From NCBI GenBank assembly GCA_012295275.1, contig CM022670.1, forward strand, positions 12,338,001-12,402,000: a stretch of DNA of 64,000 nucleotides. The letters are read 5' to 3'. Of the stretch, positions 1-64,000 are shown in pieces; position 1 is the first letter of the stretch, and every line of letters begins with the position of its first letter. This DNA comes from Chrysomallon squamiferum. Its lineage: Eukaryota > Animalia > Mollusca. The position numbers and the translations under genes were made by a program. The notes under the pieces were generated by a model that was given only the letters and a program-made list of their open reading frames with translations, did no database searches and was not told the origin of the DNA.

Positions 1-345
1 GGTTTTTTTTTGAAAAATCAAGTGACAGCTAATCAAAACGGCTATAAATACAGACACGTTGTAATCTGAGATTTAACAGACTCCTTTGAGAGATGAAATA
101 AAGCTTATCAGTGTGCATTATATTGTAGATCATATTTTTTATTTTTTTTTAAATACATACAGATATACACACACACACATACATACATACATAAATACAT
201 ACATACATTCGTACACACATATACATATAGTCTATGAAAAATGTTATTTAATGAAACATGCCATGATGGATATAACTATAGTTCAGTGCAATATATATTA
301 AGGTAAATTAGCATTTGTTGTTACCACTGAAACTCGCCGCTTGCA

Positions 346-427
<82 letters not shown>

Positions 428-1279
428 GTAACAAATTGTAACACTGAAATAAATGTCATTCTCCTCCATTCAATTCGAAAAGACAAAAACCCATTTCAAT
501 AATGAAAACCGAGAGAAATTCACGAAATAAATAAGCCAATAAATCAAGCGTACTGTATACCCAAATTTTACAAAGAAACCAGGAACACAATATATAATCA
601 ATCATACGTACATACAAACATACACACACACATACATAAGAAAATCAATACATTATATCACATCTGAGCATCAGAGACTCTTCTGTGTGCTGTGTGCTGT
701 GTGTTGCCGTCTAACACACACGTCCCTTCCTCCTGCTTGCGACGGCAGCCACTGAGCACGGATATTGATTTGCAGCGAAGACAAAAGCAAGATAAATGTT
801 CCAGCGGAGTGATAGTCCGAATTGTTGCCTTCTCTGACTGCAGATCCTGTACAGACTGAGTTCTGTCTACCGCAGATAAACCTCATGTCTGAAAAAAAGA
901 GTCAAGTAGTGGGGAGGAAATGTGAAGGAAAAATAATGATGTAGATAATTATACGTAATATATAATATATGAGCAGTTTGGTGTAAATTATGCACATATG
1001 TACGTAGGTGTGTTAATATTTGTATACGAATGTTTATTATAATAATTAAGTTTGTTTTGTACGTACCTATGGATGTATGTATGTATTTTATTACCGAATG
1101 TTCTCCGTCTTGTGTACGTCAGTATTCTGGAACTCACTGGCGCAGGAGGACAAAGTCCAGTCACGGCCTCACAAACCCCGTCAGATGTTGCTCACGTGAC
1201 TCGAACGTTTGGCACCCGTTCACCCGCACCCCGAAGGAGGACGACTTTATCGTTCGGCCTTCAAGACAACTTTGTATTT

Positions 1280-1340
1280 GTATATGTATGTACGTATGTA
1301 TGTATGTATGTATGTATGTATGTATGTATGTATGTATGTA

Positions 1341-1371
<31 letters not shown>

Positions 1372-1905
1372 GTGTGTGTATGTATGTATGTATGTATGTA
1401 TGTATGTATGTATGTATGTGTGTGTGTGTATGTATGTATGTATGTATGTATTCATGGATGGATGGATGGATGTGTGTGTGTATGTATGTATGTATGTGTG
1501 TATGTATGTATGTGTGTATGTATGTATGTATGGATGTGTGTATGTATGTATGTGTGTGTGTATGTATGTATATATGTATGTATGTATGTATGGATGTGTG
1601 TATGTATGTATGTGTATATATATATATATGTATGTATGTATGTGTGTGTATATATGTATATATGTATGTATGTGTGTATGTATGTATGTATGTATGTATG
1701 TGTGTATGTATGTATGTATGTGTGTATGTATGTATGTGTGTATGTATGTATGTATGGATGTGTGTATGTATGCATGTGTGTGTATGTATGTATGTATGTA
1801 TGTATGTATGTATGTATGTATGTATATATATGTATGTAAGTATGTGTGTGTGTATCTTGTGTATGTCTGAATGTCAGTGTGTGTGTTTGTGTGTGCAGTG
1901 AGTGT
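1280..1905. repeat. Compound (TATG)n/(TG)n microsatellite
   Basis: Direct reading; source of the YVCM/HTYI ORFs. Confidence 0.97.
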
Positions 1906-2330
1906 GTGTCTCCAGCTACAAACACAGTAAACACACATACACAAATAAATACATAAATGAAAAAAGGAGTAAAAAACTTCTGCAAAATGTGTATGTACAT
2001 AATTCCTAAACACTACAAAAGTTTTAGCTGAATATTAACACAAAAGGTGACAAATTCGATAAAGCTCTAAGTTCACTCTGTGATGCAACTGATCTTAACC
2101 AGACCCGTAATCAATGTCAAACCATCATTAGAAACAGGAAAATGGGAAAGATAAAAAAGACATATAATAAGAAAAGAAAAGAAAGAAAAGAAAAAAAAAG
2201 ACGAAAGAAAGACTCATTCATGAAAACGTTGAAATACTGAATTAATTTTACATTAACCAAATTTCTACAAAAAAGTCACCGAGTTTAACATTTCGTCTTC
2301 AGTCGATGCACCATGCATCTGTATTTTCTG
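1860..2330 (+). repeat. Dispersed ~450-bp repeat, copy 1
   Basis: Shares TGTGTATGTACATAATTCCTAAACA, TTCACTCTGTGA, AAGACTCATTCATGAAAACGT and TTAACCAAATTTCTACAAAAA.GTCACCGAGTTTAACATTTC with 6810-7310. Confidence 0.85.
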
Positions 2331-2429
2331 AAATTCGTTATTTATTGCAGATCAATATATCTCTTATTTTAATCAACTATATATTTGTCAGATTTCTTTA
2401 TCATATACCATACGATATATACGTATATT

Positions 2430-2430
<1 letters not shown>

Positions 2431-2523
<93 letters not shown>
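2431..2523. repeat. (AG)n microsatellite
   Basis: Direct reading. Confidence 0.97.
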
Positions 2524-2528
<5 letters not shown>

Positions 2529-3543
2529 TACTAAATACTAAGAAACAGCTAACATTAATCTGTTTGTACGATTAATGGTCAGAGCAGTTTATTCCGAAAC
2601 ATTTAGTGATTTTTCATTTGTAATGCTAACTGTATTCGAATGTGGAACGAAGGGTGGCGCTGATCGCGGGAGAGGAAGAGCAGTGTTGTGTTAAAAGCAG
2701 GAGTTAATGGTTTTGCCGTGTTATAATTATTGTAATCCCACGAGTCCAGCAGTGGGACTGTTGGAAGGAAATATGGATTAAATTCGACATATCGCCACAT
2801 TGTCTTCAGATCGCCTGTAATAATGTGCTGGCTGCAATTCATGTCCGCGGTGTAATCAAATGACGATCAGGAAAGGAAAAGCAATTTTATTTTAACGTTT
2901 TTTTTTTTTTATTATTATTACCTTGTTTAATTTATTTATTTTATTTTTTTGTTTTTCGTTCAAGCATTATTTATACCTTTTACAATATTTGAAACAATAA
3001 TAATAATAATAATAATATAAAAAGAAATCTTGATTTTGTTAAATGAGTATTTTTAAAAAACGTATGGAAACATAACTTTCTTTCTTTCTTTCAAAATATT
3101 TTTTTGCCTGAAGAATTCATCAGCAAGAGTCAAGAACCATTACAAATATTTATAGACTTCAGGCTGTTGAAAGGAAAAATCTTCTACAAGCTATCATGTT
3201 TACATATTTTCATTGACAAAACCGAATACATTGAGATAGTTCGGTTCAAATTATCTCAAGGTTCCGGGTTACGCTGAGAATCATATTCAGAGGGGAAAAT
3301 ATTGGTAATAATTGCACATTTGAAGAACACGATTTTCCAAACCAAAATGTGACCACGAGTCGATAGCGCGAATCTCTCGAAGTGTCTAGAAAAATTGGAT
3401 CTCGCCCGCGCATGCGTTCTCATTCTTTTCGCTTCATTCTCAAATATTAGCAGTGTGCAATGGAGAGAGATGGAGATTTCGCTTGTTAACCGTCGTCGTA
3501 ATGGCCAAAGCGTTGCTTCTTCCAGGGGCAGTACGAGAAGGAG

Positions 3544-51126
<47,583 letters not shown>

Positions 51127-51147
<21 letters not shown>

Positions 51148-52110
51148 CACAGATGAAATAATACTAATACGCATACTGAAGTTTATCAGATTTGAAACAA
51201 TAAACACGAATAGTGAAGTCTGCAGGTGTGAAACAGTAAATACACATTCTGAAGTTTGACACAGATGAAATAATACTAATACGCATACTGAAGTTTATCA
51301 GATTTGAAACAATAAACACGAATACTGAAGTCTGCAGATGTGAAACAGTAAATACGCATTCTGAAGTTTGATAGAGATGAAATAATAGTAATACGCATAC
51401 TGAAGTTTATCAGATTTCAAACGATAAACACGAATACTGAAGTCTGCAGATGTGAAACAGTAAATACGTATTCTGAAGTTTGACAGAGATGACATAATAG
51501 TAGCATACACACAGACGTTTATAAGATGTGAAACAATAAATACGAATACTGAAATCTGACTGATGTGAGACGATATATATATACAAACTGAAATCTGACA
51601 TAAGTGAAACAACACTAATAGGCGTCAGAACTTTGAAATGTGACCATATTAATGCGCATATTCAAGTTTGAAAGATATGAAACATGAGTACAAATGCAGA
51701 AATTAACAAAGGCAGAAGAGAAATGAAGATATTAATGACTGACTCAAGTGAAACGTTACTAACATGCATACTGATGTTTGACAGAAGTGAAATAATACTA
51801 ATGTGCATTCTTGAATTTGGCGGATTCAAAAAAACAATATTACCCTGTCGCATACTGAATATTTATATATCTGAAACAATGGTAATAAAAATGGTGAACT
51901 TTGGTAAGTGAAACAGTACTAATGAGCATACTGAAATATATAAAACAGTAAAAATACGCATACTGAACGTTGACATAAATATATAAAAGTCTTAATACGC
52001 ATATTGCAGATTTAACACGTGAACGAAAACGAATACGAAAGCTGAAATTAAACAGATATAAAATAATTCTGATATACGTGACTCAGGTAAGTGCTGACTG
52101 ATGTGAAATA
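51127..52110 (+). repeat. Minisatellite of ~37-bp monomers arranged as a 112-bp higher-order repeat (about 4 copies), then degenerate monomers
   Basis: AATACRCATWCTGAAGTTTGA-type starts at 51127, 51239, 51351 and 51463 (period 112 = 39+37+36). Confidence 0.9.
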
Positions 52111-55074
52111 GATTTAAAATAACTGAAAACATTATAAAAATGTCAAATGCTCATAATTCAAAATTTTGATGAAAGTTTACAAAAGAAAAATCTCACATTG
52201 CTACTCTAAATGTTTCCTATATATATAAATATGTCTCATTAAACAGTTTAACTTAGAAACATTCTAACTTATGGTATTAGTCTGAAAATGGATCAACATG
52301 AAGAATAGAACATTGTACGGTCGGATATATTCTTTAACAATAAAGTGCACTAATTATATATGTATCAAACTGAATTTAGATATATGTAAAGTTAAATCGA
52401 ATAGAAAAATATGACAGACATACTGAATTTACAAATTCAAATTTGGCCTGTACCAGTTTTACTGAAATTTCAGAAAAAAGTTAGAATAAGTCGAATTTAC
52501 ATAACTTTTAATTTTGCATGATTAATACGCATGCTGATTAATTGTAACTCAAATATTATGGAAGGAAAATAGGATAAGTTGCAAAACAAAAATTACATCT
52601 ATTATTTAATTTCAAGATGAATTTAGAGGGAACAAAATGTTATTCAAATGAAGCAAAATTAGAATAAATGGAAACGATAGTTTCAAATCATTTGTTTCTT
52701 GCAGTATGCTTTCATTTCCCAAATACCAGCAAATATCTGCACCGAATTTAGATACCGTTCGGCTCTAAGCCCTTCGTTGATAAATGTTAATAGTCAATAC
52801 GAATACGTAAAACAAAAATAAATGAAATCATTAGAGGCCCCTTCAGACTGTAAAGGCACAAACTGCAGCTTCTTTAGCGTATGGAAGTGATATAAAAATT
52901 GTACATATAAAATGTGATTGATTAAATCTTTTATCTTTTATTCATAAATATATTTTTAATAAAACTGTCCTAAATGATCTCTTTTCTGACAGCATTATTT
53001 AATAAAGTCTTGAAACGACTTCAGTGAATATTTTAAACAAGATATCGCTTGTTACTGACAAAACCGTTCTACTATATCCCATCTGTATGTATTTTCCGTC
53101 ATGTTCGTCTTGATGAATTCACTGTTACTGTAGTATCTGTACACAGCAAATGCTGTCATATAATAAAACCCACGAAGCTTGTTAGTGTTTGAAACTTCAA
53201 AGTATACGCTGAATGGTCGTTTTAAATAATTCTCATAGACCTATGTATGTTCAGAAAATCTGTCATCTTTCTAATGTGTTATATAGTTTCACTTTTATGT
53301 TAGCCTTAATATTTAGTAAAGAGATATAATATTTTGTTGTCCTTTCTTAAATTACTTTTCACATGTTCTAACGACTGGTTTGAGGAAAGGCTAAGACCTT
53401 TTGGCTACACTTCAAGTAAATATTGTATTGTTTAAATCTGAAACAAAATATAAAGAGTTATTTCCCTCGTCTCAGTCTTTTTATAATTTATTTTCTTACC
53501 TGCCATTATTGATTGTAAAGTCTTCACAAAACCAAAACCAAAGACTAACACAAACGAATTCCATTTACTATAACGATCTCTGATTCTCTTTTCCTATAAT
53601 CATAACCTGTTCTTCCATTCCATTTTTTTTATTCATTCATTCCTTTCATAACATGTCAAAAATTAATTAAACATTTTATTCATTCTTGGTTAGTATCACC
53701 AAAGAAGCCACGTGGACATTATATCTGTTTTTCCTTCAGTGTGAAAGTATATACATTAAATTTAAAACGTACCTTCTATTAAAAGTATTAATATGCAATA
53801 CACTATGAACTAGCTTGGAGAAACCAAAGTACTGTTAAACTAATTCTATTTACCTGCAGGCGTATCTCTCTTCTAACATACAAAGTAATTATCATCACCT
53901 AATAACATTAAATTATATTTAAAAAAATATATATATTAATATTGTTCAAGACTCTATACATGTGTATTCGCTGTATACTGCAGTTTATAATTATATGCAT
54001 TACCAAGATGAATTCTTGTTATTCCATGTTACATGAATTAAAGAATGTAATGATGTCTTATTTCATGTACTGACTAGTTATGAGAGATGTATGTAAGTGA
54101 CTAGAAAACACTATTGCATATTGTACAGTACACATCACAGTTTACCTCTGTCGTTTAATAGTTGTTTTAATTACATTTTCTAAAATGTTTGTATATATGT
54201 TTATGTGTAACCAAACATTATTTCCTTGTTGTGACTTATAAAACATAATAAAACTCGGTCTCACAGAAAAATTTATTGCAGCACAAAATAAAATTTCATG
54301 CTCAGACTAGACTAACAGTGTTTTATGGATTTTGTTACATTAAATGATGATGGATATACCGTTATTATTAAGTGTAATGGGGATAAAGCAGTTAATTGTT
54401 CATTTTTCTTTCTTTTCATTTTTATATTTTGTATCTAAATAGAAATGCAAGATTATAGCAAGATTAATAAGTAGATTATCACAATATTTGCAATCAAATT
54501 ATTCTAAATTCTTGGTTTCCTCTCATTTTTTTTTTTTTTTCATCACTTTTACATTCACTCGATGTTTTAAAACGATTTTAATTTCAAATATATGTGGAAA
54601 TATAATATTTAAATTCTTTTAAAATCAATTTCTGTTCTGTTTTAAGATCTAAAACCTTTTTTGATTCAGGAAAAAAGTATCATTGTTAAATCTCAATAAA
54701 TAGTTTACTACAAAAGGCTGTGTATAATTTAAAAACCTTAATATCTTTGTAATGAAGAAATAATGTTTTAAAAACTGATTTTATAACGTCTAGAACATTA
54801 TAGGCCTACTTAATCTGATAGAACGTAATTACTGTGTCTATAAATGTAGAAACGAAATTTGTAAATGTTTAGTATTGGAATCTTTACGAATGTAAAAAGG
54901 GTGTTTTTATTTAGTTTCACATTTTCCATTACATATCATGTCATTTTTGATGTTTATACTGTGTTAACTTGTTTTGGAAATGTCAGTATGTCATTGATTA
55001 CCTCGGGTCATGCTTGCATCTTGGATAATTTACATAATGTAAATACGTATTGTCACATATAATGAATTGTTTGT

Positions 55075-55177
55075 AATAAAATAATGTTTGAGCTATCACT
55101 ATGTTCTGTTTTGGTCGTATTCATAAGACAATACTCACTCTTATCTCATAAAGTTTTATTGAAAAGCTTTGTTTATT
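55075..55177. terminator. Candidate facing poly(A) signals of the two convergent genes
   Basis: AATAAA on + at 55075-55080 followed by a GT-rich tract; AATAAA on - at 55160-55155 and 55177-55172. The hexamer is common in AT-rich DNA. Confidence 0.35.
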
Positions 55178-55959
55178 TTCAATCATATATGTCATAACAA
55201 ACGTGATTGCCGCGGTTTACTGAACTGTTGAAATAATTCAAAATCGTTTTCCAAACTGAATCATTGCTGATCACTGTTTCATTCTGAATTCCATACTGTG
55301 ACATTGTTTTAATGTTGATAAAGCATGGTCTATTTAAGACAGCGATATAAGACTGAGAAAAAATAAAAATAAAATAAACGGATAACTGAAGGACATTATC
55401 GTGATATCAGTGTGGTTGGTCACACAGACCGCTGTCCACTGAAAAGGACTGTCTATTGCTTTTGACTGATAGCAGTTTCAAAGAGTTTCCAATATTTTTC
55501 GTCGAAGATCCACTGCAAACGGTAGTTTTGTGTTGTTGCTTTCTTGAATCACAATGCATCAACCAAGATTATCATCTGTTCTGTCTTCATGTCATTTTCT
55601 CGAATTCTTTACATAGACATGATTCTTGTTTAAGCATTCTTATGGTATGAGGTTATCTATTTTCCTTTTCTGTTTCCTTGGAATTTTGATATAGAGTCGA
55701 CGATTCACGTGGGTCATAATTTAGCGAACTTCTTGAAGACGTTGCATATAGACTATTATTTAAAAACATCTGACAATTTCCATCCAGAGTTTTAAATTTT
55801 GATATCAGCACCTTGTAATGCCATCAGGTTTACAGTCGTAGATAACGCTTTTTATTGTTGATCAGAAACAAAACAACCCGAATTTGCGTCAAATGTCTGT
55901 TGAATGTTCGAAAACGTATCTATGTTATTTATCCACATATTGTTGTCTTCTTTAATGTG

Positions 55960-62390
<6,431 letters not shown>

Positions 62391-62944
62391 CTGTAAAGTA
62401 AAAAAAAATTAATAAGAATTTCAGTTAAAAAAATTGAGTCGAGATATTCATGGATGTGTGTGTGTGTGTGTGTAAAGCTACAATATGAGAATACTAAAAT
62501 ATATACGTATTTGTGCGCGTATATATCTATTATTATTATTATATTGTTGTTGTTTTTATTGATAATGTTACTGTTTTTATTATCATTACTATGGTAGTAT
62601 TCCTGGTAATACTACTGCTACTACTGCTACCACTACCACTACCGTTACCACTGCCACTTCTAAATGTTCTTTTTCTTATGATTATTGTTCAATCATACAT
62701 TATAATCAATGAATTCATATAAAAATACAACACAGACACATTACTTACTACATGAAACACGCTTACACTTTATTACATTGACCATCATTATTTTAACCAA
62801 AGACATCACGACATATACACTTACACCTTAAAATCGTATCATATTTTATTATTCATGGACTTCACAGTTGTAAATGTATAGTTCGTGGACACGATATAAA
62901 GAATAATAAAAGTATAGATATAATAATAATAATAATTATTATTA

Positions 62945-62993
<49 letters not shown>

Positions 62994-63377
62994 TATTTGC
63001 ATAATTCAACGATACAAATGGAACACAGCGAATTTTTGTGCCTTTGGCAATAATTTCTCTGTCTCGATAACTCTGGATATTAAGTGTGAACTGATATTTC
63101 TTTTTGAAAATATATCTCAGGACAGACCAAAGATTACTCATTATATGTAATTATATGTCTGGCTACTTTTCTAGACATAAACTGTAGTCAGAGGTTTTCT
63201 TTGTAATAAATGTGTGTAACCTAGTTTGTTCCAGAGTAACAAACCGCTCAAAGCTATCTCCGTTATACGTACTGGTAAATGTAATTCTGTTTTCGTTTAA
63301 CTTCTGAAGTCAATTTTTTTTTTTTTTTTTTTTTTTTTTGAAGATGGATTTTGCGTATAAAGTTAATTTAATAAATG

Positions 63378-63419
<42 letters not shown>

Positions 63420-64000
63420 GAAAGAAGAAGAAGAAGAAGATGATGATTATAATGTAAAAAGAAGAACAACAACAACTATAACAAAAATCAATAATGGAAT
63501 ATGATACAAAGACAACAAGTACAAACTATAATTAAATAAATAAATAAATAAATAATAAAAGTATCTGGAATTGTGACAAATGCCTACTAATAAAGAACAA
63601 AATATTTTTGTTTTGCATAATAATAACAATTAGTCTTGAATCTTTGGTACAAGTATACTTTGGACACTGACAAACAAGTATACATAATATATTTGGAATA
63701 TTTGTTAACAGCTTAACTTGTGGTGCTGGCTATTTCCCACCAACATTCAAAAAAACAAAAACAACAAGAAAAAAGTATTTTCTAATGAACAGTTCATAGT
63801 TTATATTACTGATTATCTACTTACATATAGAGTGATAAAATGTTAATGACCTTTGCGACATTTTCAATTTGTCGCTCATACATTTAACATTCAGCTGTAA
63901 TTTCCCCTCTGGGCGCCACTGTCAAATACATTAATTTAAAATCATGTGGCGATTTCTAATCAGCAATTTATATAGATATATCTTTGTGTGAATCGCATCC

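Noticed and set aside
671-1270. GC-richer islands and ORF 671-886(-) as exons of a neighbouring gene
   Set aside because: No recognisable protein motif or convincing donor/acceptor pair; possibly regulatory.
1030-2013. Long ORFs of 180-270 aa (YVCM/HTYI repeats), and similar poly-RE, SL, I, N and YI ORFs throughout the window
   Set aside because: Translations of stop-free microsatellites, with no splice or homology support.
62400-64000. Signal-peptide exon 1 of the paralog (candidate donors near 62748, 63220 and 63824)
   Set aside because: None gives an ATG-initiated hydrophobic signal peptide with a good donor; exon 1 probably lies outside the window.

Overview
Eukaryotic, very AT-rich, microsatellite-laden animal DNA; the repeat landscape and receptor sequence suggest a mollusc, possibly a coleoid cephalopod (inference). 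The + strand carries a complete 17-exon AMPA-type ionotropic glutamate receptor gene (ATG 3544 to TGA 51147, about 917 aa after correcting three 1-nt homopolymer indels). It encodes a signal peptide, ATD, S1, M1-M3 with MQQGCD and [10 protein letters not shown]2, M4 and a C-terminal PDZ ligand (NTHTEV*). A diverged paralog lies tail-to-tail on the - strand (exons 62390 to about 56000; exon 1 not identified). It has the same exon phases and mostly the same exon sizes as exons 2-9 of the receptor, but stops at the end of the amino-terminal domain, and no ligand-binding or transmembrane exons are visible after it. Its conservation is concentrated on the ATD dimer-interface helices, with synonymous-only divergence in the best-conserved stretch, so it is a candidate secreted or ER-luminal 'ATD-only' glutamate-receptor partner. 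Other features: a GC-AG intron, three uORFs, a 112-bp higher-order minisatellite grown from the receptor's PDZ-ligand/stop codons, a 30-bp minisatellite grown from a paralog splice donor, and a ~450-bp direct repeat flanking exon 1. Nearly all listed six-frame ORFs are microsatellite artefacts.
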